DNA of 64,000 nucleotides from a virus, in the IMG/VR virus record IMGVR_UViG_3300023440_000001, positions 32,001-96,000 of that record; one strand, given 5' to 3'. Below are positions 1 to 9,506 of the stretch, in pieces. The notes below the pieces were generated by a model. It saw only the letters and a program-made list of their open reading frames with translations. It was not told where the DNA came from and ran no database searches. The position numbers and the translations under genes are program-made. Numbering within the stretch: position 1 is the stretch's first letter; each line of letters starts with the position of its first letter.

Positions 1-14
1 AATATTGTCTGGCA

Positions 15-2288
15 TTAGAGTCCTCTACTCCCTCTCTTGCTGAAGCGTGAGCTGCGCGGTTGATGACCGAAACTTGGCAGCAGTCCGACGCCTGAGTCTT
101 CATCGAAGTTATCCGGTGGCTCACCACGGCCAGGCCAGTTTCCATAATCCCGCACCAGTATTCCGTTTTTGGTATAACGGAATCCCATTGGGGCATTATG
201 TTCACGTGTTATTAGACGGTTGTGAGCAATGGCGGGCGTTATGTGATCTCCAGCCAGCTGAGGCTGCAGATTAAAGTTATAGCGCAGGAACTGGTCATGC
301 TCTTTCCCGTAGGCGTACAGAGCCAGCATGAAAGCATCCAGCCGGTGATCTCCGGAAGGACCAGGTTCATATATCTCTCCCTGCTGACCATAGCGAGCAA
401 TATTGTAGTCTCGCATCTGTGGTACCAGGGCACGCTCGTTGTCTTCAACAGGAGTACCCTTTTCATCGATGGCCGGAATCATGATCATTCCGTTTTCCAG
501 AACGGCAGAAGTCAACTTGACAATGAAGTTCTTGGCCTTATGTTTCTGTTTGGTCTGTGTGTAAGGATCGATGGTCTCTATGCGACTGCCAAAGTCCAAC
601 ACATCCATGCGTTCCAGCAGGTGCTTCATGCCGGGGCACTTCTTCCCGGTAGACGTTTCGCCTCGCATCAGTGCCAGACGCAACAGCTCCCAGTTTGTAT
701 GACCATGTCCGTGATCGAATATTGCATAGTTGGGTGGAAAGTGTTTCATCACTTCAATGACTTCATCCACGGCCCGGGTATTGGTGTATTCCACAGCATC
801 AATCTCCCAGACCCCGAATATGCGGAACTTCTTCTTAACCACGATTCGGTTCTTAAGGCTCCAATCTCCCTGGTTGTAGGGTATGGCCTCAGCGGGTTCA
901 TTCAGAAACTCCACCAGAACAATCTGCACACCATTCTTGGCTTCATTCCAGTCCACGCCCAGTGTATAGTAGTTGTTGGGATTGTATTTCAGGTCCCGAT
1001 AGTCGTAGACATACAGGCTCCTGTCGATATCAGCGTGACGGAATACACCTTCGGCCATCTCTCCGAACTCGGCCAGGTACTCGTGTTCATACTGAGTACG
1101 GCTGGTGATGGCTTTTACCAGTGCTTCTTGCTCCGATGTCCATTCGGGAGACATGGTAGAAGGAATGTGATACTCATGAAAGTTGAATTCCGGTTTATGC
1201 TTATTGACGCTTATCTTCCAGAAGAACTCGCGACGCCCGGACGGTGTGGAAGAGAAGATCACCGTGGTATGCTTATATGTAGTGGCGATAGGCCAGATGT
1301 CAGCCAGCAGTACATCCTGGGGTATATAATCCCCTTCGTCGATGATCAGATCATCGGCTGAGTTGTGCACCAGGATACCCCCATTTGATAAACCCGATAT
1401 GGTAAACCCCGATTCTTCCACGTTGGTGGGATAGAAGGCAATGAAATGATGATAATCTGCTACTTCAATATCATAAGTGGGCATCTTGCCAACTGGGTGG
1501 ATGCTGGCTACCCGGGCCCAATTCAGCTGACCAATGGCATCCACTATGGCTATAAAGTGAGCATCGCGCCCATACTCTTCTTTAGTCTTAATCTCTGATA
1601 CTGGCGTCCAGCCATTTGCAAATACAAATAGCGGATGGTTGGCGGTAGCAATCAGTCGTCTGGCGGTTGTGGTACGCAGTTCGTAAACCGGCTTTACACC
1701 GTTTTCATAGAACTGAACCACTTTTCCCTTCTCCGGGATAGTGGTCCGGGGATTAAGCGTAATGACTTCCTCACCCGGTCGGACTTTCTCAATTGGTTTC
1801 CAGCTACCATCGGCCATCCATACCATGGTGCCGGCAATCAGGCACTTACCACGAATGGATGCATTGGCAACCAGACCCCGTATAACCGAGCCATTATTAA
1901 ACCATAGTTCATAGGGTTTCTTGCGGAAACCGGAAATGGAGTCCTTTATGGCTGGTGAGTCAAATGCCATTCGGCGAATTATATCAAACAGACCATCGAT
2001 CTGTGTCTCGTATGCAGCTGTCAGAAGTACCTGTCGGTGGGCATAAGTAAAGGCTTTCCAGAGCGCTTCGATGGCCAGATAGACCGATTTCCCGGTACGT
2101 CTTCCCCACCTGAGCAGTTTGCGATAATGACGATCCCGCAGACACTTTCGCTGGTAGCGACGCAGTTCCAGGGGTGCATCCGGGTTCATGGGATTGCGTA
2201 GGTGCGTCTCCGCCCACAGATCAGGATTGGCAATAATGTGTGCTTCGATGAGTTCTTCTTTGGTCAATCCAGTCGGCTTTGTCGCCAT
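15..2288 (-). CDS. terL: Terminase large subunit containing a mini-intein
   Basis: Walker A GRRTGKS, Walker B LIIDE, coupling motif SSTPSG, RNase H-like nuclease (LGVDWN ... DHRLDA). Confidence 0.93.
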   Translation of the reverse strand: MATKPTGLTKEELIEAHIIANPDLWAETHLRNPMNPDAPLELRRYQRKCLRDRHYRKLLRWGRRTGKSVYLAIEALWKAFTYAHRQVLLTAAYETQIDGLFDIIRRMAFDSPAIKDSISGFRKKPYELWFNNGSVIRGLVANASIRGKCLIAGTMVWMADGSWKPIEKVRPGEEVITLNPRTTIPEKGKVVQFYENGVKPVYELRTTTARRLIATANHPLFVFANGWTPVSEIKTKEEYGRDAHFIAIVDAIGQLNWARVASIHPVGKMPTYDIEVADYHHFIAFYPTNVEESGFTISGLSNGGILVHNSADDLIIDEGDYIPQDVLLADIWPIATTYKHTTVIFSSTPSGRREFFWKISVNKHKPEFNFHEYHIPSTMSPEWTSEQEALVKAITSRTQYEHEYLAEFGEMAEGVFRHADIDRSLYVYDYRDLKYNPNNYYTLGVDWNEAKNGVQIVLVEFLNEPAEAIPYNQGDWSLKNRIVVKKKFRIFGVWEIDAVEYTNTRAVDEVIEVMKHFPPNYAIFDHGHGHTNWELLRLALMRGETSTGKKCPGMKHLLERMDVLDFGSRIETIDPYTQTKQKHKAKNFIVKLTSAVLENGMIMIPAIDEKGTPVEDNERALVPQMRDYNIARYGQQGEIYEPGPSGDHRLDAFMLALYAYGKEHDQFLRYNFNLQPQLAGDHITPAIAHNRLITREHNAPMGFRYTKNGILVRDYGNWPGRGEPPDNFDEDSGVGLLPSFGHQPRSSRFSKRGSRGL
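1362..1844 (-). mobile_element. Mini-intein (161 aa, Hint only) in TerL
   Basis: IRGK|CLIAGTMV...TANHPLF...YDIEVADYHHFIA...ILVHN|S; Cys1, block B TxxH, terminal HN, +1 Ser; no endonuclease domain. Confidence 0.92.
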
Positions 2289-3091
2289 ATGAATAATCCA
2301 TCACAGATGTTGTCCGCTTCTGTCTCAACCACGACCGTCTCCATCAGACCGCGTGGATAGTGGACCCATATCCAGTCCTTCATAGTTGTGTCAATCTTCA
2401 ATGCCCGCGACCTGTAGAATCCCAGTATATTGGCCATTATCTCCTTGGACAGATTGTCGCGTATCTGCAAAGACTGATACTCATTGCGACGCACCCGGAC
2501 ACCGAATCTGGCCAGCAAGTGGGTTAGCAGCCGCCGACTGCGTTCTTCTATACGAGTCAGTCGTATGGTTTTGGTCTTCTTGATAAACCCGCCCTTATGG
2601 ATCCGGATATTCGGATATGCTGATACGAGTATCTGGCGCAACGTCTCCTGTAACGCATCCTGATTCAGGTGTACCAGGAAATCCGGTATGACCAGTTGTT
2701 GCTCGATTATTGCACTCCGGGCGATAGCCTCAATCCAGTCCGCTTCCGGTGCGGTTTCTCCGAAGATAGGTATATGACGGGGAACAATGATCTGGTTATG
2801 TTTTAGTACATGGTGAGTGGACAGTTTCTTATCCGTATAGAAGGTACGAATGTCACGCCATCGGTTTTGATCCAGTAGTTCAATGGGAGAAGCCGGCGAT
2901 ATATAGCGGTAGGAGCCGCTGCGATAGGTGGATATATGTTTCGGCTGACCGAATGTGATGAGAGCCTTCACGGGAACAAACTGCCCCGAATTGAAAGCAA
3001 TCAGCTCCCGCTCACCTATCAGTTTCTCCGCTGGAGCCCAGTTCCCATTGGACTCCAGCAGAAAGTTATCTCTGGCCAGCTCGACACGCAT
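2264..3091 (-). CDS. Stand-alone degenerate intein-like protein (Hint + LAGLIDADG-like core, splicing residues lost)
   Basis: N-term ELARDNFLLESNGNWAPAEKL aligns ungapped with intein block A; centre IPDFLVHLNQDALQETLRQIL / LLTHLLARFGVR is endonuclease-like; C-term YPRGLMETVVVET resembles block F. Confidence 0.6.
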   Translation of the reverse strand: MRVELARDNFLLESNGNWAPAEKLIGERELIAFNSGQFVPVKALITFGQPKHISTYRSGSYRYISPASPIELLDQNRWRDIRTFYTDKKLSTHHVLKHNQIIVPRHIPIFGETAPEADWIEAIARSAIIEQQLVIPDFLVHLNQDALQETLRQILVSAYPNIRIHKGGFIKKTKTIRLTRIEERSRRLLTHLLARFGVRVRRNEYQSLQIRDNLSKEIMANILGFYRSRALKIDTTMKDWIWVHYPRGLMETVVVETEADNICDGLFIWRQSRLD

Positions 3092-3112
3092 AGCTCATCA
3101 ATCTCTTCCAGA

Positions 3113-3286
3113 CTATCGTTTTCGGCGGAGCCTTTTCCGCCGTCTTCTGGCACTTGGTTTCTCATACTCCAGCGTTTCTTTATACCGTTCAATGATCCTC
3201 TTCCTGTTTATCTGACGGGAGAAACGCTTGATAAGCTTTTCAGCAGGTTCACCGTCACGCAGTTTTAAGAACAGGTTGGTTGCCAT
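3113..3286 (-). CDS. rpsU: Phage-encoded ribosomal protein bS21
   Basis: LKLRDGEPAEKLIKRFSRQ...YEKPSARRRRK; start moved to ATG 3286 behind GGAGG. Confidence 0.88.
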   Translation of the reverse strand: MATNLFLKLRDGEPAEKLIKRFSRQINRKRIIERYKETLEYEKPSARRRRKRLRRKR

Positions 3287-3303
3287 GTAGTCCTCCAGTT
3301 GTT

Positions 3304-3597
3304 TTATTGCACCATTTTGCCACTGCTGCCGCAGGTCGTCGACCATGTCGTATAGGGTCGATAGGGACAAATGATAGTACCATCCCACGGGTAGGGTTGC
3401 CATGGAACGTAGGGATATGGATAGTGATCACCTGCCGGTTCTGTCTCGACACTATCACTATCGTCTTCCGAGTCTTCATTAACAATCTTCACCTTAATCC
3501 CATCATCCAGGATCTCAATCTGGATAGCGTCACCCAGCTCTCTGAGCTTTTGTAATAGCTGGGACAGTGTGTCGATCTGTTTGTCGTTCAACTTCAT
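3304..3597 (-). CDS. Hypothetical protein
   Basis: 97-aa ORF with AGGAGG RBS, in operon. Confidence 0.65.
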   Translation of the reverse strand: MKLNDKQIDTLSQLLQKLRELGDAIQIEILDDGIKVKIVNEDSEDDSDSVETEPAGDHYPYPYVPWQPYPWDGTIICPYRPYTTWSTTCGSSGKMVQ

Positions 3598-3609
3598 ACT
3601 GTTACCTCC

Positions 3610-4548
3610 TTATCTGTGATAATATGCTGCTTCATTACCGTACAGACGGCTGGAAGGATTCACCCGGGCTGCATAGATAGCCTGAACAGCACGCTGCCGC
3701 TCGGTTGCAGCATAGTAGTTTTGAAAACTGGGACCCAGATATCCACGTCCCATTTGAAATTGCCTTTGTTCAGCCAGAAACTGCTTGATCAATCCAGCCG
3801 CATTTGTTGCTCTTTGTAGGGCGTAATTGATTAGTGGAGTGGCGGCCATGTTAGCCAGCTCGAACCATGAATAAGCTGTCAGCAGTGTTCCGGTGAACGC
3901 CCATTTAGTTCCCTTCAGGAGAAAGCCACCTTCGGCACTGAACTTGGGAAAGATATGCTCTACCACTTCATCACCCTTCTTGTAGGGAACCCGAATCCAT
4001 TTTGATACGTCTTCGCCCAACCCACCTACAAACCGAAAGAACTTGGGATCTTTCTCCAGCTTGATAATGTCCTCTGTTACTTCCCAAAAGTTGGGCCTCA
4101 GGGAGTTCAAGATTGCACCTTTGTTGCCTGCCAGCGGGGTTATTTCTGCCCCCTGAAGTATAGACTTGCCGCGACCAAAGTATCCTGCCAGACCCAGCTC
4201 CCGGGCATTCTTCGCCCAGGCGGTGAATACATTCCGGTAACCTTTCTCCCAGGCACGTTGTCCAATCGATTCGATGGCGCTCAGTGTAGCATGCCCCAGC
4301 GTAAAACGGGACCAGCCGGTTACCCGTCCGGAGAATAGAGTTCTGTATCCCCAGGCCCCGGAGAAATGAAGTCCTCCTCGATGTATGAGTCCTGCACTGG
4401 TAATAATACCTGTATACAATGAATGATACACCGGCGGTGTCAGGGTACTGATAACCGGAATACCTGCCATCTGTGCACCAACGGCCACACCAAGTGGCAG
4501 GGCGGAAGGTCTGTTGAGACGTTCTCTTATGTCACCTAAAGTCGCCAT
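3610..4548 (-). CDS. Hypothetical Gly/Ala-rich protein, possibly virion-associated
   Basis: 312-aa ORF in packaging operon; function inferred from context only. Confidence 0.6.
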   Translation of the reverse strand: MATLGDIRERLNRPSALPLGVAVGAQMAGIPVISTLTPPVYHSLYTGIITSAGLIHRGGLHFSGAWGYRTLFSGRVTGWSRFTLGHATLSAIESIGQRAWEKGYRNVFTAWAKNARELGLAGYFGRGKSILQGAEITPLAGNKGAILNSLRPNFWEVTEDIIKLEKDPKFFRFVGGLGEDVSKWIRVPYKKGDEVVEHIFPKFSAEGGFLLKGTKWAFTGTLLTAYSWFELANMAATPLINYALQRATNAAGLIKQFLAEQRQFQMGRGYLGPSFQNYYAATERQRAVQAIYAARVNPSSRLYGNEAAYYHR

Positions 4549-4561
4549 TTAGCTAACATCC

Positions 4562-5236
4562 TTAAAACATAGATCGATGTCTGGTTCTGTGCATGGCTAA
4601 CACCAGGTCACCGGAAGCACCCAGGTGTCCGACAGGCATGGGTCTGCCGGGCAACTTGGCCCAGGTACGAAATCCGGGACCGCCACTGAAAGCTCGTTTG
4701 TCCACGACAGCAGGTTGCATGCCACGCATTTCCTTATGGATCTGGCTGGCGATCCTACCAATGCCCAGTCCGAATTGTGCTCCTTTATAGGCACCAAAAA
4801 GACCCCCAAACGTACCGGCAATAGCAGCTGCCGATAGTTTACGCATCGCACCTCCACGAATAACCAGACCGGCAATAACGGCAGAGATACTACCCATGCC
4901 GACCGCACCGGCCGTACTGAACGGTGCGATAACACTGGCAGCGGACATCTTCTGGTTGGCAGTTAATGTCTGATAGGTATTCACCAGACTATCCCACATG
5001 GATGGTGTATTGATGTGTGGCAGTCCACCGGTTGCCCAGAAGTACAGGTCCGTGGCCATATTCAGACCTGCACTACCGGTATCCAGTTTACCCTTCTCGA
5101 ACAAATCCACCGGCATGAACAATCGGGCCGCACCAGCACCTAGTGCCAGTGCCACGGTACTACCGCTAATAGCCCATTTGGCAGCTCGCAATCTGGTGGG
5201 ATTCAGTCTCTGCAGTAGTTCTTTCGCACTTGGCAT
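4562..5236 (-). CDS. Hypothetical protein with glycine-zipper hydrophobic segments
   Basis: 224-aa ORF with GxxxG-rich helices; RBS AGGAG. Confidence 0.6.
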   Translation of the reverse strand: MPSAKELLQRLNPTRLRAAKWAISGSTVALALGAGAARLFMPVDLFEKGKLDTGSAGLNMATDLYFWATGGLPHINTPSMWDSLVNTYQTLTANQKMSAASVIAPFSTAGAVGMGSISAVIAGLVIRGGAMRKLSAAAIAGTFGGLFGAYKGAQFGLGIGRIASQIHKEMRGMQPAVVDKRAFSGGPGFRTWAKLPGRPMPVGHLGASGDLVLAMHRTRHRSMF

Positions 5237-5248
5237 GGCAATCGACTC

Positions 5249-5833
5249 CTACATGTTTAGTATATTGCGCAGTGTTGGATTGGACTGAATGCGACTCAAA
5301 CGGCGGGTTAGTTCGCCGTATCGGGCCTGGAATTGCTTGATACGGGCAGCATCCGGGAAGGCACTGCGAATACGTGCTTCACCCCAGTAAGCACCAAGCC
5401 GTCGACCGACAGCACCGCCGGCAACCGTATAACTAATAATGCGTGTCAGAGAAGGGTGCTCTTCACTGTGGTAGGCGGCCATAAATCCGGTTGCCGCACC
5501 CAACCACATTCCTCTCTGGTTATAAAAGCTGCGTATGGATGCTTCATATTGGGGCAATTTCATGGCCCTGTCGAGCACATGCAGGCGGGCAGCCTTCCTC
5601 CATGCTGCCTGACCCAGTTGCAAATCAACCAGTCCTCTGCCACCACGCTTAATACTGCTGGCTCGACTGACCGCTTCCCTGATGCCCCTATTGGCATTCT
5701 CCAGAATGGCAGGAGCTTCTTCCACCAGCCGACCCCAGATGGATTTCAGATGACTGGCTTCTGAAAACATACGTTCCATGGATTTATACTGTCGGCCGGA
5801 GAAGAGATTCTTAACCCAGTTATACGTCGGCAT
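5249..5833 (-). CDS. Hypothetical basic protein
   Basis: 194-aa ORF overlapping upstream gene. Confidence 0.6.
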   Translation of the reverse strand: MPTYNWVKNLFSGRQYKSMERMFSEASHLKSIWGRLVEEAPAILENANRGIREAVSRASSIKRGGRGLVDLQLGQAAWRKAARLHVLDRAMKLPQYEASIRSFYNQRGMWLGAATGFMAAYHSEEHPSLTRIISYTVAGGAVGRRLGAYWGEARIRSAFPDAARIKQFQARYGELTRRLSRIQSNPTLRNILNM

Positions 5834-6536
5834 CGTCTTTCTCCTCCACGATCAAAGCATCGGAAACTACATCCGGATTTCTGCGAAGCAGCTCTTCATA
5901 GCGTTTGCGTAACTCGGCCTCATGTCTGGACTTATCCCTTTCTTCATCCACTCTATATTTACGGCGCATCTCACGGGTGGCCAGGAACGCCTTGCGAAGC
6001 TGCTCCTTTCGACGCTGGGCGCGTTCTTTGACTGAAAGAGATGGGCTTTTCTTGCGTTCATAGTAAGCAGTACCTGTTGCCGGGTCAACGGTGGTTACCG
6101 ATTCTTCTATCTGACCACGAATGGCCAGCTCCTTCTGAGCGCGCAACTCCTGCAGTTCGGCATCGATATATTCGGCAATCATATCCAGTTCTACGACGTC
6201 TTCCGGATCCACCTGAAGGTCGCGAACCAGGGCGGGTACCAGCTGATCGATGACGATCATCTCTTCCGGACAGCCGTAACCCTCCGGTGCGATACCGGCT
6301 TTCTCATATATGCATATTGTCGCAAACGGGCAATCTGAGCTCTTGCATACCATTGGCAGACGATGCTTGAGTCCATAGGTACGGTTATCTTCCAGGTGCC
6401 GCTCGATCAGGCGCAGCTTATCCGGCTCAATCATAATCTTGTCCCGCAACTCTTCCGGGTAGTTATCCAGAAGTACCTTCAAGCTACTGCTCTTTACCTT
6501 GCTCAGAGAAACCGGTTTGTCAGCTTTCTTACTCAT
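5820..6536 (-). CDS. Probable terminase small subunit (P27-like) with Cys cluster
   Basis: C-x4-C-x5-C...C; C-term SPSLSVKERAQRRKEQLRKAFLATREMR resembles P27-type TerS; upstream of terL. Confidence 0.45.
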   Translation of the reverse strand: MSKKADKPVSLSKVKSSSLKVLLDNYPEELRDKIMIEPDKLRLIERHLEDNRTYGLKHRLPMVCKSSDCPFATICIYEKAGIAPEGYGCPEEMIVIDQLVPALVRDLQVDPEDVVELDMIAEYIDAELQELRAQKELAIRGQIEESVTTVDPATGTAYYERKKSPSLSVKERAQRRKEQLRKAFLATREMRRKYRVDEERDKSRHEAELRKRYEELLRRNPDVVSDALIVEEKDDADV

Positions 6537-7873
6537 TATATTACAATGCGCAGAATGGTCTGTCCTTCGCCTTTCGTCACAGCCGTCCGGAGACTGTAAG
6601 ACTCCGCATTATCCGGCACCGGATATCCGGAAAACCCATGAGTTTCCTGGAGATCAACCGGTATGGGTGTTATACAGGGATGCTCACTGGCGTTTTCTAC
6701 GATATACATTATCTGGGAGGCACGGGATACGGTACCGATCCGGTGGAAGTTGTAGGCATTGTCTCCCACCAGAGAACCGCTCTGTGCCTGGTCATCGTTC
6801 AGGTACAGGTGATGTTTATGTCCGGTGATCACATAATGGACAATCTTGCCCATCTTATTGTATTTGAGTATTTGCTTGTCAATAGAAATGCGGTTATGAC
6901 CGTGCCAGAAGAGAATGTTAGCACCGTTGATATTGGTTAGCAGTTCATGATCGGTTACGACTTCATGAAAGGCCACATTCTCCTGATTGATCAGTAGCTT
7001 CTGTAGATAGAAATGTAACAGATAGTCCAGGTTGTTGTGGAAGTCCACAGATTGGATCTCCTCATCCAGGCGAGACTCGTTTCCGAATACGGAAATGACT
7101 TCCACATTGAAGCTCTGAGCCAGATCCTGAACGAAACTGCCCACGATATCTGCACCGATCAGAAAGCCTTCTGAGATGGCATACAGGTTCCGAAGTATCT
7201 CATCTTTGCGGCGATTGGAGTTGAACATGTCGCCGGTCATGGCCAGTACAATAGAATCTATCCCCAGCGGCATGAAGAGCAGTCGAATGCGGTCAGCAAA
7301 CTTCTGTAATCGCTTGCTGGCCACATGGAAGTTGAATTCATTCTTGCCCTTGGTATCCCTTAGCAGCACAGCTTCATTCAGATGCAGATCCGTCAGCTGA
7401 ACAATACCAACACGCTTAACATTGTCCGGAGAGGATTGAACCGGCTGAAAGGAAACCGGCTCACGGCTTTTCACGGAGACCAGAATCTGCTTCAACAGGT
7501 CTTCGGTAGCATTGATGACCCGGTCCTGTTCCCGGAACATCTTGCGTAGAATACGGTTCTGGTCCATCAGCCGCTGTCGAGAACGACGCAGTTTGATCAG
7601 GGCCAGCTTCAACTCTTCCTTGGTCATATCGTCCACATCCGAATCAAAGAGAGTCGGCTCGTCCTGATCATCAAAGTCATCCTCTCCCCTACTGCCTTCA
7701 TCAAACTGTATCTTCTTCAGTATTGCTTCACGGTTACGAATCCAGTTATATACGATGGTTTTCGTACCGGCAAAGTCATCCTCTTCACACAGGATATCAT
7801 AGATATCACTGACATTCAAACCTCCCTGCTCATAGAGGTTAATCGCTTTCAGTTTAATGCTTGCATCATACAT
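6536..7873 (-). CDS. Calcineurin-like metallophosphoesterase with N-terminal HTH/coiled coil
   Basis: DLH, GDMF, GNE, HGH, GHKHH motifs. Confidence 0.8.
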   Translation of the reverse strand: MYDASIKLKAINLYEQGGLNVSDIYDILCEEDDFAGTKTIVYNWIRNREAILKKIQFDEGSRGEDDFDDQDEPTLFDSDVDDMTKEELKLALIKLRRSRQRLMDQNRILRKMFREQDRVINATEDLLKQILVSVKSREPVSFQPVQSSPDNVKRVGIVQLTDLHLNEAVLLRDTKGKNEFNFHVASKRLQKFADRIRLLFMPLGIDSIVLAMTGDMFNSNRRKDEILRNLYAISEGFLIGADIVGSFVQDLAQSFNVEVISVFGNESRLDEEIQSVDFHNNLDYLLHFYLQKLLINQENVAFHEVVTDHELLTNINGANILFWHGHNRISIDKQILKYNKMGKIVHYVITGHKHHLYLNDDQAQSGSLVGDNAYNFHRIGTVSRASQIMYIVENASEHPCITPIPVDLQETHGFSGYPVPDNAESYSLRTAVTKGEGQTILRIVI

Positions 7874-7881
7874 GACTTCTA

Positions 7882-8136
7882 TTACCCATTGTTTTTGATA
7901 GGTATGTCAATCTGGAGTACCTGCTGAGCGCTCGGGAAGTCTTCGATATACATAAGCGTTGCAATCTTGGTCAGGTACACACATTCCCGGCCCATAATAT
8001 GGTACATCTTGTTGAAGGAATCCCAGTAGCGGTTTCCTTTCAGTGCTTCGGGTAAGTATTCTGGAGCATCACAAAGATCAGCTAGCTTGTTACGGAGCAG
8101 GAGAATATCCTGTCGTACATTGAAGTCTAGATCCAT
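7882..8136 (-). CDS. Hypothetical protein
   Basis: 84-aa ORF tiled in operon. Confidence 0.55.
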   Translation of the reverse strand: MDLDFNVRQDILLLRNKLADLCDAPEYLPEALKGNRYWDSFNKMYHIMGRECVYLTKIATLMYIEDFPSAQQVLQIDIPIKNNG

Positions 8137-8510
8137 CTTGATCCCTCTTCATCCCATTCATACGGTTTCTGACGAATCATCTTGCTTTCGTATTCATGGC
8201 GCTTGGCACGAATCCAGGCTTCATTTACAGGTGTGAAAGCAAGTATGGAACGCCTGATACGGAACGGATCGTGATCGATTAGCTCACTGGCGATCATCCG
8301 TTCATAGTCACCCACTGCCACCAGGTACCACTTCTCGTATTTGCGATCGAATACCAGCTGAAATACCACTTCTTCCTCGGAGCGCAGATCAGCGATTTCA
8401 TCTTCTGTCATTTCCACAATAACCGGTGCATATGGATCCGAGTCCAGAAAGGCAAGCGCCAGTACACGTAGTGGTTTGGGCAATACATCGATTCCCTGAA
8501 TAACCTTCAT
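8127..8510 (-). CDS. Hypothetical protein
   Basis: 127-aa ORF, 4-nt overlap with clpP-like gene. Confidence 0.6.
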   Translation of the reverse strand: MKVIQGIDVLPKPLRVLALAFLDSDPYAPVIVEMTEDEIADLRSEEEVVFQLVFDRKYEKWYLVAVGDYERMIASELIDHDPFRIRRSILAFTPVNEAWIRAKRHEYESKMIRQKPYEWDEEGSRWI

Positions 8511-9052
8511 ATAACCTCCTCGCTTATTTCATGAACCAATCCGATTTGCTTCGCATCTTGTGCAAACAGGTAGGTTTCCTGCTGCATATACTTCTCAATT
8601 AGCTCTTTGTCTGATACCAGATACGTCAGCATTTCCTGCCAGGCATTAGAGAGTTGAATAACAAAGTCGCTGTAACCCTTGAAGTCGGATACCGGTGCGT
8701 AATCCGGAAAGGAACTCTTCATGTTATGAATTAGAAATGAACCATGTGGCAGAGTTATGCGTCGATCGCAAGCCAGGTAAGGCAACATGGCACCGGAATA
8801 TACCTTGCCCATATTGATGCCAACCGTCTCAGTAGGAATGCTCTTGACCAGATGATACAGGGTAAGTGAGGTAATGGTATCTCCGCCAATGGAATTAAAG
8901 TAGATATACACCGGAACTTCCATCTGCCGGGCAGCAACCAATATATCTATGAAAGATGTAATGATCTCTTCTTCAATCTCTTCTACAAGGTAGATACGCA
9001 GCGGATCGGTACTACTCCGGTTGGTCGAATTGATACTTGATGATTCCGACAT
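8507..9052 (-). CDS. clpP: ClpP-like protease subunit
   Basis: YFNSIGG, VYSGA (Ser), FLIH (His), ETYLFAQDAKQIGLVHEI. Confidence 0.8.
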   Translation of the reverse strand: MSESSSINSTNRSSTDPLRIYLVEEIEEEIITSFIDILVAARQMEVPVYIYFNSIGGDTITSLTLYHLVKSIPTETVGINMGKVYSGAMLPYLACDRRITLPHGSFLIHNMKSSFPDYAPVSDFKGYSDFVIQLSNAWQEMLTYLVSDKELIEKYMQQETYLFAQDAKQIGLVHEISEEVI

Positions 9053-9284
9053 AGCGTACTTTCTCCAGTTGTCGTCTCACAGCATACATTTGCGAATCCA
9101 GATCTATCCATTCGGAGGGAATCACCTGAACCTCCACATCCAGGATTCCGAATTCCTGATCTCGATATTGTTGTGCCAGCTCACCCAAACGGTTATTCAG
9201 CTGACTCTGAAAGCTCTGATTGTCATCGTCTACCTCTATAATCTCAACACGAGTAATCGTTTTGATAGTACTTGCCATTGCCAT
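9012..9284 (-). CDS. Hypothetical protein
   Basis: 90-aa ORF with AGGAGG RBS. Confidence 0.6.
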   Translation of the reverse strand: MAMASTIKTITRVEIIEVDDDNQSFQSQLNNRLGELAQQYRDQEFGILDVEVQVIPSEWIDLDSQMYAVRRQLEKVRYVGIIKYQFDQPE

Positions 9285-9290
9285 TTCCTC

Positions 9291-9506
9291 CTAAAAGTCT
9301 CTCAGTAGAAGATCTTCCGGATCGGCACTGGTTGCCCAGTCCACTCTCACCTGCGTCTCCAGCCAGTAGATACGGCCGCAACGATGGCAGGTCTCGGCTC
9401 CGTCCGACAGCACTTCCAGCAGTTCTCCACAGAGACAGCGGACGTTGACCTTCTGATTGTTCCATTCGAATTCCCACATATCGGAATAATACTCTTCACC
9501 CATCAT
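9291..9506 (-). CDS. Small Zn-ribbon protein
   Basis: CLC...CHRC. Confidence 0.6.
   Translation of the reverse strand: MMGEEYYSDMWEFEWNNQKVNVRCLCGELLEVLSDGAETCHRCGRIYWLETQVRVDWATSADPEDLLLRDF

Noticed and set aside
222-1361. 379-aa plus-strand ORF and similar long antisense ORFs
   Set aside because: Shadows of well-supported opposite-strand genes with no recognisable motifs
3287-3403. Longer 96-aa bS21
   Set aside because: Overlaps the upstream gene; the RBS supports start 3286
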